Shown: in pieces, positions 52,497 through 64,000 of the stretch
How positions within the stretch are numbered: position 1 is the first letter of the stretch
How the letters are laid out: every line of letters starts with the position of its first letter
Assembly: GCA_017654855.1 (NCBI GenBank)
Contig: CM030332.1
Span: forward strand, 7,006,001-7,070,000
Direction: 5' to 3'
DNA from: Podospora anserina
Taxonomy: Eukaryota
Length of the DNA stretch: 64,000 bases
Notes under the pieces: model-generated
Databases searched by the model: none
What the model saw: only the letters and a program-made list of their open reading frames with translations
Told to the model about the DNA's origin: nothing
Position numbers and translations under genes: made by a program

Positions 52497-53137
52497 TTAA
52501 CCCCTTCCTCTGCCACGGCCACCGCGACCGCCTCTTCCTCCACGCATACCACGGCCACCGCGACCGCCTCCTCTGGCACCACCACGATCCACCTCCTTGC
52601 GGGCCTTGTTCTTGGGCTTGGAAGAGTCGTCGATCAAGAGCGAGTCGAGGGGAAGCGAATCGGGGAGGATGTAATCTTTCGAGCTTGATGTTAGTAATTT
52701 GTCCTTTGAATTTTGTATTGGACCGCCAACTACTCACAACGAATGGTGCTTCCGCGCTACAGAACCGGAACAGTCAGTGGCTTGTTCTTTGACGGCGTTT
52801 TGATTTCTAGAGCAATACGTACAACATTAAGAGTCTCCAGCTGAATCGTTTCTTGCCCGCGAGGCGTCATCTTGACATTTCGGAGCGCCGTGTTCATTTG
52901 TGGGGAGACGGAGGCGATAGTTCCAGAGATGATGGTGCCGCTATATACCTTCCCTATTAGCCTTCCGCTGACAGTATTCCTTGTAAGAGATTATTTTGTC
53001 GTACCCCTTCAGTTCAATCGTCACCGACTCGTTCTGGCATTTCATAAGAAATCTGGCGGCGAGAGTAATCGTTAGCTTTGGGCATTGCGCAAGGCTACTG
53101 CTGGCTGGAGGGCCTATGCGTACCTGACGAGCTTCAT
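52497..53137 (-). CDS. SMD1: Sm core protein D1; 5 exons including a 19-nt microexon
   Basis: [62 protein letters not shown] tail. Confidence 0.93.
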
Positions 53138-53633
53138 CTTGGCGGTCTCTAAGTAATATCGAAGTATTAAGATAGAGGGCTCGTGGAAAGCTTGAGGGCT
53201 GGTTTTCGCCGTTGTGTATCGTCTTGTTGGATCGCAATCGTTGGTCTTGCTGGAGATGGTGAACAGTGGAGCTCTCAAGGTTGATGGCAGCGCGACGCGA
53301 AATTTGGAGCACGGGGCCGTGCACGTGCCCCCATTCCGGGTTAGGGTTGTTTGCAGTGCTGTCAACTGCTTTACACAACACTGCTCTATTAAGGAGTACT
53401 ATCTCCTGCCGTTCCACATCATATGCTTTTGAATTCTCCTCCAGTATGCATTGATGTATAGCCAAAATAGGCCCTGAAGCTACCATGGGTAATGTAGTAA
53501 GCGCAGATCTAGACTAAGATGAGAGACCACCCCCAGACCAAACTTCGACTATGTACAACTACTTCTCGCTATGCGCCTTGATTGGTGTTTCTCTAAGCTG
53601 GTTTAGCTTATGGTACATAGGTGGCTCGCACAT

Positions 53634-54149
53634 TTATTTCTCCTTCTCGTTCTCATTCTCAGAGACCTTCTCCCATTCATCCTCAGTGCTGACGCCGCTT
53701 TTAAGTCCCTGGCTAGATCCTGGCTCCTCCGCTGGTACCCTCAGCTTCAACTCGCCCTGGTTTTCTGCTGGCTCGACAACGGTGCTGACCGCCGCTGCTT
53801 CCGGTGTTGGCTTCTTCCCTTTGCCTAAGCTCGCCGTTGACTTCGATGCCTCCACCTCGGTCTCGCTGTCGTCGAAGGATGTTGGGATCTGAGCCGCCTT
53901 GGCCTTTCGCGCCTTCTCTTCCTCCTGTATTTGATGAATGATCAACTCGCCCGCGAACCAATTGATAGACATCCACAGGCCGGCACAGATACCCGAGAGG
54001 ATAATAAAGTGAATACTGTATGTGGCAAGCAACATGGCGGCCAACACCACCTGCAGGGCGGCAAAGGTGACATTCGTGGCTACAAGGAGCGTTGGCGTCG
54101 GTCCTGGGGTGAAGATGGACTCCCAAAGGTTCTGGAAAAACGAGGCCAT
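53634..54149 (-). CDS. PKR1: ER V-ATPase assembly factor Pkr1
   Basis: FFQNLWESIFTPGPTPTLLVATNVTF, two TM segments, GLWMSINWF. Confidence 0.9.
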   Translation of the reverse strand: MASFFQNLWESIFTPGPTPTLLVATNVTFAALQVVLAAMLLATYSIHFIILSGICAGLWMSINWFAGELIIHQIQEEEKARKAKAAQIPTSFDDSETEVEASKSTASLGKGKKPTPEAAAVSTVVEPAENQGELKLRVPAEEPGSSQGLKSGVSTEDEWEKVSENENEKEK

Positions 54150-55905
54150 GATTATGGGTTCGGATTTGTCGACTGGAGTTGGAAAGGTATGATGTTGAGG
54201 TCTTGATGTTTTGCGCAGGGACCGGCTAGCGTGGGTGGTCTACAGGCGGGGTTTCGATGTCGTCGCAAATACTGGCAGTTGTTACAGAAGACTGAGTACA
54301 GGATTGTCAGCAATCAAGCAGTGGGTAAAGTGACATTTAATAATGAGACGGCCTGCCGAAGCCCAGCTCCGAAAGAGTGTCCAAAACCTGGCAGTAGCAG
54401 CCTGGCAATCGTCGCATGCCACGGTGGCAGGAACGGCCAAAGAGGCCACATACATACAGTGATCTCGAAGAGAGGAACAGCTGATCTGTCACTTCGGGTC
54501 CCAAGACAGCGCGTCGAGTCGCGGGGTGATGCAGAATGTGGTTGTGGTTGGGCAGAGATGACGAACCGCGACGACGCCGTTCAAGGGACAGAAAACTGAA
54601 AGCCGTAGTCCACAGCCGTGCCAAGCGTCCACACTCACTGGAGCAACGGTTTTCCACAAGCACCGAGAAAGAGCGGGGACAAACAGGAACAACACAACCA
54701 AGAGGCAAAGAAAGGGCATCAAAGACCAGGAGGACTGAGCAATTAATACTGGGCGCAGATGTCCATAAACTGAAAACGCTTCGGGCGCCGTTGTCGAGCG
54801 CTGTGCTGCTCTACAGCGGCAATAAAATCAATGTGACGGCGGGATTGCGCATGCAAGGAGGGGTCCTCTGGCGTCAGCGATGGCTTCCATCTATGGACTT
54901 CCACCTTCCGCATCGGCATCAACCGGCGAGGGCTGCATCTGAAAATAGCCTTCTCCCGTCGAACAATTCCTCTCTGGCTTGGGTCACACTCTAAATCCAA
55001 CATCGGGCACGCGAAAGCTGATCAGGCAGAACAAACCACTGACCTCAGCACGAGGGGCATGCGGACATGGTGGGGTTGAGTTCAAGTGACAAGCCGAGCC
55101 AAGACAAACCGGGCCAACGCCAGAGAACATGTGCCGACCAGGATGTGTAAGAGCGCCAAGACGTGTATTCGTGGTGTATGCTGTGCACAGTACAGCGTAG
55201 AGAGCCCCGAGGTGAAGAGGGCCCCAGAGACTGAAAGCATCCGCCGTAGGGTTCAGTGTTCAGATTTGATCTTCTTCAGGAATGTCACAAATTCCATTAT
55301 CAGCTGGCCAGTCACCCACATTCCAAGCCATTCGAGTTCGAGAACGGCTCAAGTGGAAATCTGGGGTTGGAAGCGCTATTCCCAATTTGGCCTTGTTTGC
55401 CGTCTAGACCAGCTTGGCTTGGCCGCTGCTCCGCTCGTGCCCGTTGCCCTGTGCGCTCGGGAGCGGGCGGATCTCTCCACACAGGGATACCGTACACATT
55501 CACCCGCCCACGACAACACTGTATTGATACGTTCGCGTCGAGAACGGGCACTTTGACACGCCTCCTGCCATCGTTTGAATCATCAGTCCATCATCGTCGT
55601 CCCTCCTGAGTTGTTACTTTAAGTAATAGGCGCCATCAGCAGCATCAAAGCTTGTATTAGTGCACCGGGCCATTCAAGCTTCCCGAAACTCAATTACAAA
55701 CGGCGCATAGAAAGCCAGGCCCCAGCCAGTCCCATCGACAACGCGAGCCACCGATACACTCGTCGGGAAATATTTGTGTTTCCGTTCAGTCAACTTCACA
55801 ACTTCGGGCTGCTGGCAGGGCATCTCCAAACGAGAGGATACCAGTAGGGGTATCCTGCCGGGCGATGAGAGTTGCTCGCTTGGCCTGAAGGAGGCTTCGT
55901 CAGCC

Positions 55906-58656
55906 ATGGACACCCCAATCGAAGCACCCAGCGGAACACCTCAAGGAAACTCTACTCAAGTTGTTACCGACTACATTAGAGAGAAGGACCAAGAGCGCAA
56001 TGTTACCCCCAGACAGGATAGACCCCTCACCTTGCTCGAACTTCCAGTCGATATTTTGCAGCTGATCGTTAAGGAGGTATCTTTGTTCCTATCAAGCCTT
56101 CATGCGAGTGCCGTACTGACATGATGCCCTCCAGATCACTCATACAAACGATCTGACAGCACTTGCCTTGACGAACTCGGCTCTACACGGCCTTGCTACA
56201 CCTCTGATATACTCACGGTTCGACATTGTTTGGCCAGATGGACACATCACGGCAACAGAATCCAAGAGCGTGGACGCCTTGACCTACGGACTCAAGACGC
56301 TGTGTCTTGGAAGCGCTTTTGCTCGCACCATGCGCAGAGCAATTCCACGAAATATGCGTCAACTTGCTAAGTTCAAGGGTAACGAGTATGCACAATACAT
56401 CAAGAAGTTCTCGCTGGGCAACGGGCCGGCCGACTGGGTTGCTGAGTACATGATCAGTAAAGAGAGTGGAACAATGCTTGGGACCATGGTGGCACTCGCG
56501 ATCGCCAAAATGAAAAACCTCGAGACGTTCATATGGGACATGCCCACCGGTGTGCTGTCCGACATCTTCATGGCGCTGGCATCCTTGGCTGAGCAGCCCG
56601 ACAGAGACTGTAAGCTCAGCAGGGTCTGGGTCCGCTGGCATGACAACTCGGAGCAGTCCGGCAACTCTGCTTCTCAGAACGGAAATCCAGTGGCGGGTAC
56701 AACTGCACTTGTTCCCCAAGGGAGCCATGTCACAGCTGTGGGAATAATGCTTCCAGAAAACGCCGCCCACCCTTCACCTCGGCCTCCAGTCTCTTACGCG
56801 AATTACCACTGCGAATACCCAACTTTTAGCGTCTTGCCTCCACTCACGAGCTTGACCGTGCTGGACATTGACGAAGTGGCCTACCTGGACGAGATGGCCA
56901 TACTTATAGAGCGCTCCAAGGATACGCTTCAAGAACTCCGCGTGGGTATCTCAGCAAATGCGGTAAACAAGGACTTTGCTCAGGCTTGGGATGGGCCTGG
57001 CTTACGACAAGTAGACCACAAAGCCCAGTTTCCAGGAGGCAGCACAATTGGCGAGAGGCGTCTAGGGGGCGTTATCGGTGTCCTGGTTGGGAAGATCTAC
57101 GACATCAGGCAACACCGCTCTTTAAGAGGCAAGATGAAGCTCGTAGCCGTTGCTGGTTCTGCCACAGAGAACAACGCTTCGCCAACCACACCAGTCTCGA
57201 CAGCCTCCTCACAGTCACCATTAACTGGGAACTCCTCACCCAATAGCGCTTCCGGGCCATCGCAGACTCAGCAGTCCGAAGACGATACTGCTGCGGACAA
57301 AGGACAGCCGAATGCCTCTGACAAGAAGAAAGATGGGTTGAAAGGTGGCAGGGGTAGTAAGCCGACAGCTGTCCCTAACAAGGTTCTGGACGGCAAACTC
57401 AAACTACAGACCCTTGAGCTCGAGCGAGTGACACTATCACTGCATGTCTGCAGGCAGGCGTTAGATTGGACGGTGTTGACAAATCTGACGCTCCTCGACT
57501 GTGCCCAGCACGAGAACCTATGGAAGATGCTACGCAAGAATTTTCAGCCGACATCTCTCAACAACGGAATCAGCCTTTCTCCCAACGGGTCCGGGATGGC
57601 AGCATCAAACGCACCCTTGCAGTACCATCTCGCCCTCAAGTCTATTCATACAGACGCTACTACCTTGGCTCTGGTCAACTTCATCAGAGAGACCCTTGCG
57701 CCTAACACCCTTGAAGTCTTGTTCTTGCAAGATCGCAGACGAAGTTCCAGCCCCCCAATTCCGCTGGCTGAAATCTTCAAAGGTTGTCTGAGAAGACATC
57801 CACAAAGCCTGCGGAAACTCCTGCTGGATAGCTCTGCCAAACCCCCTGCCAACCCCAATGCTGCTAATAACGACAACACCAGATGGAGGAGTTGGGCTCT
57901 AAGTACGGAGGTTGTACAGTACCTCACCAGCGGACGCATGGTCAATCTGAGGGAATTGGCCGTGTCGTTGGAATACAAGGACTGGGTAAGCAAATTACTC
58001 TGTCTTTACCTTAAAAGGGACCAAGCTAACAGACTATATAGCACACCTTCCTACAACGGCTCTTCAACCTTCAGCAGCTGCGTTCTCTTAACATTGCTCA
58101 CGTGGCAGACTACCCAGGCGGGAAACTCGAACCGCGAGAGCTCGCCCATCAGATTGCAGACATTATTACCCTGAGACTCGAAATTCGGCTTTGCTACGTT
58201 GGTATCGGTAGTAAATGCTTTGAAATGCTTGAATCCCGCGAGACAGGTTCATCAAGCGCAGCAGACTCCAGTGGTGGAACAACCACGCCGGATATTTCGG
58301 CTCCTCCAGCAACAGTGAATCCCTTCACTGGGCAGATGAACGGCATATTTTCCAATAATGGCTTCAACAACATCAACGCCGGTGCAACGTCAGCCAATGG
58401 GGTTGATTTGGGGGATGCGGAGGATACATCGGAAGACGAGAATGACCACCAGTCGGACAACTCGGATGAGCAGTCTGAGAATGACGAAGACGAAGGGGAG
58501 CTCGAGGAAGAAGATGAAGACGACGACAACACTCCTACCACGGCGACTAGCGATCCCGAGGAGACACAAAGTGAGGATGACGGGGATGAGGATGATGATC
58601 AGACCACAGGGACTGGGATAGGAGGCACCACGGCTGGGACGAACATCAATAACGCC

Positions 58657-58710
<54 letters not shown>

Positions 58711-58860
58711 AACAACAATAACAACAGTGCGGACTTGGTCGATGAGTATGACGACGGCTGGGTCGAGCCAGGGGCTGATTCGGTGAAGCTACGGCTGAGG
58801 GAGATCTTGTTCTATGATGACAAGGTTGCTATCTTCAAGGCTAGGCATGGAAAGTTGTAG
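55906..58860 (+). CDS. F-box protein with LRR-like body and acidic/poly-Asn C-terminus; introns 56077-56134 and 57986-58041
   Basis: F-box LLELPVDILQLIVKE/ITHTNDLTALALTNS; C-terminal LREILFYDDKVAIFKARHGKL. Confidence 0.85.
58657..58725 (+). repeat. Coding (AAC)n trinucleotide repeat, 23 consecutive Asn
   Basis: Read directly; two AAT interruptions. Confidence 0.95.
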
Positions 58861-60327
58861 GAGTCCAGCTGTAGCCAGGAGACTCTGCAGGCAAGTTGGA
58901 GGTGGGACACGTTCTTGTAATGGCGGCGGGTGATGCGGCGTGACGCGAGACCCTGCGAACCATAGCGTTGTCTTCTAGCTTTACTTTTATTATCTCTACC
59001 GGTTTGTGGTTTATGCCAGGAGACTTTTGGTATGGTGGTTGGCAAATGGGCGGGATTCGAACCCAAAAGGAAACAATTGAAGCGACATTGATTTGGCATG
59101 GATGCAGTGGGAAAGCGAGGATATCAAGCGGGTTTTCTTTTCTTTGCTTGTTGTAGTTTCTGTTGGTTGCTTTTACTTTTGCTACTTGCGGTGGACTTTT
59201 GTCTTGGAAGGTCGAGCATTGCTATGCATAGCATTTGCTTTGGTTGAAGAGAAGGCGAGTTATCGAGCGCATGGTTTTCTTTCATTGTTTCTTTACGTTG
59301 TTGGACCCTTTGCGTTCATTCCTTTGTGCTTCTTGCTGCTGTTGTCATGTCAGTTTCAACATTTAGGAGGGAGGGGGTGATAGGGCTTGTTGGAGGTAGT
59401 TTAAAACAGGGTAGTCGGGATCTCTGAAGACGTAAGAAGAAGAGGAAACGCAAGTTTTATTATGAGCACACGCACATCCAGAATTTTCGAGCACTTTTAT
59501 TTCCATGATGGTCTTCCGATGCGATGAAACTGGGTGATGATATCTGCCGCTCTGGGTACCTATCGAATCAGATCAGGCCGTACTATGCGTCAAAGCTCAT
59601 CGCAAAGAACAGGAACAAGAAGCTACCTATTGAGCAGCGGTCATCAAATGTTGACGAAATGCCATTGCAGATGCCACCACGATGCTATATCCATGCACGT
59701 GCGCTGTTTTGTGGCCGTAAGCGGTTTGCACAAGGTCCAACATTCCGGTGTCAGGCGTGTGTGATGCGGTTGGGATCGGTAAGTTGTGTGGAAGATAAAT
59801 TTCCAGTGCACCATCTTCCGGTCGCTTCCGCCAGTCTTATATTCCTCCATGTTCTCATCCAGTTTGCTTGGGAGAAATGTTGCGCATCCTTGCCCTTTGC
59901 AGTTATCAATCTGATCGCATTCAGGATCAGGGTCCATCTGATGCAGGAACCTTAACAAAAGCTGGGACGACACCAATGCGCTGTGCAGTGGCATGTGTAT
60001 CGGTCACTCCTATCCAACCAGAGTGAGCATGACATATTGAAAGCAGTTTGACAGGTACAACCATTCTGCGACCAAGACCTTGACAAGACCTCTGCAGCCA
60101 TATCGTATCACTGCGGGGTTGTCAGACTGGAGATTGCAGGGTGCCCAGTGACACCTGGTTTGGCTATCAACCTCACCAAACACTCTCCCAGCATTGATGC
60201 CAAGCAAATGTCGGGCGTCAGTGTGGAATGCTGCGAAGAGGCTTCCCATGAGACACTGGCCGCACTCGGCGGACTCTGAGCGTTATGAGACATTTCTCAG
60301 ATAAACCGGTGGGTTGGGGTTGTCAGG

Positions 60328-61187
60328 TTAGTTGTCTTCGTCTTCCACTTCCTCAAGCGTCACCCCATGAGGAACCTTGCTTGGGGCAGATTGCTGGGTG
60401 TCAGGCGCCCGAAGGTAGCCTTCCCGTTCCAATTGATCAGCTTCTTCAGGCTCGAGGAGGCCGCCTTGTCCCTTGCCCTTTTCAATCTTCATACGCACAT
60501 GTGTGGGAACGAATGCGCTGACCGCCTCCTTCCGCAAGTCTCTCACCACCGGCTTGGCCTCGTACACTGTCTTGGACTCCACAACTGGTGCTGGCGTGGC
60601 AGAATTTTCTGACTGAGCCCTTTCTGCCACTGGCTCCTGGTTTGCGTTTCGTTTGGCCCGACGCTTGGCGTACCATTCGTCCATGATCTCTTTGGGGATA
60701 GGCGGCGGTGTGTCTCGCGGCATAGGTATTCTTCTCACGTCCTCGGGAACATCACTGTCGTCACTCGACTCGTCCTCGTCTCTTCTCCGCTTCCCAAGTA
60801 CTCCGTCGTTTCTCTGGCCTGGCTTTGACGGACCCCCACGACCAAACTGGGGCGCTCGGTCTCCGAGAGCTTCACGAGCTTTCTTGACTGCCTTCAAGTC
60901 CTTCTCCAACGCCTCGAGTGATTGCTCTTCGAGAGCGGTAAGCTTCCCGCCGCCTTCTTTTATAGCCTTAAGATCGGTGATTTGCTGTTCTATTCTGGCC
61001 GGATTCCTCTGGGCGAGCTTCTCGTTTCTTCTTGCTTGCTGCTCTGCTTTGCCTGTGGACGCGCAGCATGTTAGTCATCGGCCTCAGCACAGTCATTGGG
61101 AAGAGAAAACCCACCTTTCTTGACAGCCTTGGCCTTGTCAGCCTTGTGCTGGGCCTGTACTGGGTTGTACTTCTTTTCTTTTGCCAT
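60328..61187 (-). CDS. WW-domain-binding protein 11 (Wbp11)-like splicing factor; intron 61053-61114
   Basis: NPVQAQHKADKAKAVKK/GK..RNEKLAQRNP; IPMPRDTPPPIP; YEAKPVVRDLRKEAVSAFVP. Confidence 0.8.
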
Positions 61188-61847
61188 GCTGCAAGTCCGC
61201 TGCTGAACTCAGGGGCCCGCGTGTTCTCGATATTGTCCCGGTTGCCCTGTTGACGTGCCGATGTAGTGATAGCTGAGTTTAGAATCTCGTTCCTTTTCAA
61301 CAGCTGCTTCGGTGATCGATATGTGAGATTGCGAAGGGATGGTGCGCGAGAGTGGCTGGCTGAAGATTCTCCAATCCAACTTGCAGTGACGCGACCTAGC
61401 GGCTGGACTTAGCGGTGCCAAGACATGAAAGCACAGACCACACCCCGCCATCTGGCCAGCGGTTTGAGCACTCGCAGGAGCCGTTACCCCTCCAACAATT
61501 GTTGACGCAGTCCCTCTGGCGCAAGCTGCCCAATCAGTGCGGGAGAGAACGAGTTGGGTCGTCATCGTCATAATTTAAGCTTGTCTCCATCTACGCGCGA
61601 CTGCTTGGTCTCCTGCGTGGAGGCACACACCAGAGACGCTTGACATCATCTTCCGGTCTTCTCCTGAGCTTTGTTTTGTACCGGCATCCCATCTCTTAAC
61701 CCCTACTGCTGGAACAGACAACGGACAGGCCGCAGGGTAGTCGACAGACATCAGCATACCTTAGTATCAGGTTATTTATCGACTTGCAGAGACAAGGTCA
61801 AGCCATCGCATCTCCACACATCGCTTCGGCGCACCCCTGACACCGCC

Positions 61848-63961
61848 ATGGCGAGCTTCATGGCCAATCTATTCCCCGGTGGGAAACAGGACAATCGCCC
61901 CTCCACACCGATCAAAACCAACTTCACAACCCCAGTCAGCACTCCACAGGGCAGCCCCAGCAAGCGAACAGTACCTCCCGGCGCCCATGATCTTCCTACC
62001 GCCGCCTTTGATGGTCTCAAGCTCGCAGCACCGCCCGGCATGGGCATCCTCGACAGTCCCGTCAAGCTGGGTCGCCCACAAAGCGTTGCGGCCCCATTAT
62101 CTCCTGGCAAGAGCAACGTGCAGCATTTCGAGGAGGGGCCATCGGCCGTTGAGCATAGTCTTGTCCACAAGAACGCCACGCAGGGTGGCAGTCCCCTGAG
62201 AAGCCACATGCAAGAAAACACACCACCCATCTCGCTGCGCGACCCTTTCCAAGAGCCGACATATCAGCCAAGTCATGCCGCCCTCTCTCGTCAAGAGCTC
62301 TACCAGCCACGAGAGCGAGAGAGACCGCAAGGGACTGTCAAGAAGTTCAACACGACACGGGGTCTCACCGCCGAGGAGCGGGAGATCTTGTCAAAGCCAA
62401 ACGTTAAGCGCTTGGTCAATGTCACTCAGTTGTGTGAGTCTAGTTTCAGCACTCATGATGAGCATCCCTGCTGATACATACGACGGATAGACTTCCTCGA
62501 TTACTACTTTGATCTCCTGACCTATGTCGGTCAAAGACAGAACCGCCTCAGTGCATTCAAGGCGGAATATCCCGAGCCGCCCGAGACCGACCCAGAGACG
62601 TACAAGCAAATGTGGTCAAAGTACGCCGGTCGAGAACGCGCCAATCTCCGCAAGAGGCGAGTCCGGTTGAGGCAAGGTGATTTCCAGATTCTCACCCAAG
62701 TTGGCCAGGGCGGTTACGGTCAAGTCTTCCTCGCGCAAAAGAAGGATACCAAGGAGGTGTGCGCGCTCAAGGTGATGAGCAAAAAGCTGCTGTTCAAGCT
62801 CGACGAGATTAGACATGTCTTGACGGAAAGAGACATTCTGACAACGGCCAAGAGCGAGTGGCTGGTCCGCCTGCTGTACTCGTTCCAGGATGACAAGAAT
62901 ATCTATCTTGCCATGGAATACGTACCAGGCGGTGACTTCCGGACGCTTCTCAACAACACTGGGGTGTTGTCCAACAGGCATGCACGGTTCTACATCGCGG
63001 AAATGTTCTGCTCGGTTGATGCCTTGCACCAGCTGGGCTACATTCATCGCGATCTCAAGCCGGAAAACTTCCTGGTCGACTCCACCGGCCATGTGAAGCT
63101 CACTGATTTTGGCCTGGCGGCCGGTTTCCTCGCACCCGCTAAGATCGAGTCGATGAGGATCCGGCTGGAGAAGGCGTCCGAGACGTCGGTTCCGTTCGGT
63201 AAGCCAATGGACCAGCGTACGGTGGCAGAGCGTCGGGAGGGATATCGGTCCATGAGGGACAAGGATGTGAACTACGCCAAGTCGATTGTCGGCTCGCCAG
63301 ATTACATGGCTCCCGAGGTGCTCAGGGGAGAGGAGTATGACTTTACGGTTGATTACTGGAGTTTGGGGTGCATGTTGTTTGAGGCGTTGACGGGGTTCCC
63401 CCCGTTTGCCGGCAGCAACGCGGATGAGACGTGGAGGAATCTGAAGCACTGGCGGGACGTGCTGAAGAGGCCGGTGTGGGAAGATCCGAGCTACTTTTTG
63501 AGCAACCGGACATGGAACTTTATCACAACGTGAGTACCACCCACCATAAAGGCAACGTTGTCGGGGATCAGAAAACTGACACAGTTCGAAGTTGCATCAA
63601 CTCCCGATCCAAGCGCTTCTCCAATATCAAGGATATCCAGAACCACCCCTACTTTGCCGAAGTGGACTGGGAAATACTCAGAGAGACCAAGGCGCCGTTC
63701 GTCCCCGAGCTCGACTCCGAGACGGACGCCGGCTACTTTGACGACTTTTCCAACGAGGCAGATATGGCCAAGTACAAGGAAGTGCACGACAAGCAGCAGG
63801 CACTTGAGGGCATGGCCGACAGGGATGATGAGATGAGCAAGAGCTTGTTTGTCGGGTTTACCTTCCGGCACCGCAAGCCGGCGAATGAGGATGGCAGCAG
63901 CCCAAGAAAGAAGATTCCGTTTGAGGAGGACGCGGCCCCTTCTTTTGGCACCATGCTGTAG
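61848..63961 (+). CDS. DBF2: NDR-family Ser/Thr kinase Dbf2/Sid2; introns 62434-62490 and 63530-63591
   Basis: TQL/YFLDYYFD, ERANLRKRR, GQGGYG, HRDLKPEN, TDFGLA, SIVGSPDYMAPE, FVGFTFRH. Confidence 0.95.
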
Positions 63962-64000
63962 GCTCAGCAGAGGAGGTCCAAGGGGGCGCATTTGCAGTCC

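Noticed and set aside
59048-59066. tRNA T-loop/B-box-like GGGTTCGAATCCC on the minus strand
   Set aside because: No acceptor, D or anticodon stems can be formed around it; it lies in the F-box gene 3' region

Overview
Eukaryotic genomic DNA from a filamentous ascomycete. Short GT..AG introns with CTRAC branch points and the protein sequences suggest Sordariales, Podospora-like (inference). It is a gene-dense housekeeping region with about 22 intron-containing genes: PI-phospholipase C, a CFEM/GPI protein, Cms1, Krev-1/Rsr1 and Rac GTPases, a Nop6-like RRM protein, CENP-T-like, Shy1/SURF1, a UBX protein, Mix17, Rrp47/C1D, a Yvc1-like TRP channel, Mtq2, SmD1, Pkr1, an F-box protein, Wbp11-like, Dbf2 kinase and several uncharacterised proteins. 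I found no transposon, rRNA, tRNA or CRISPR array. The best signals missed by the ORF track are: (1) an intron-hosted box C/D snoRNA at ~11.8 kb whose guide fits 18S Am436 (snR87/SNORD16 type), in an unannotated multi-intron host with a second, weaker H/ACA-like fold; (2) a spliced 58-aa CxxC...CxxC microprotein gene at 10.2-10.4 kb; (3) a 366-nt PLC intron with two long interleaved duplexes (pseudoknot or switch) whose only in-frame stop lies in the branch point; (4) a ~1.4-kb ATG-depleted leader with uORFs upstream of an EGF-like membrane protein. Exon boundaries were read by eye and no database searches were run.
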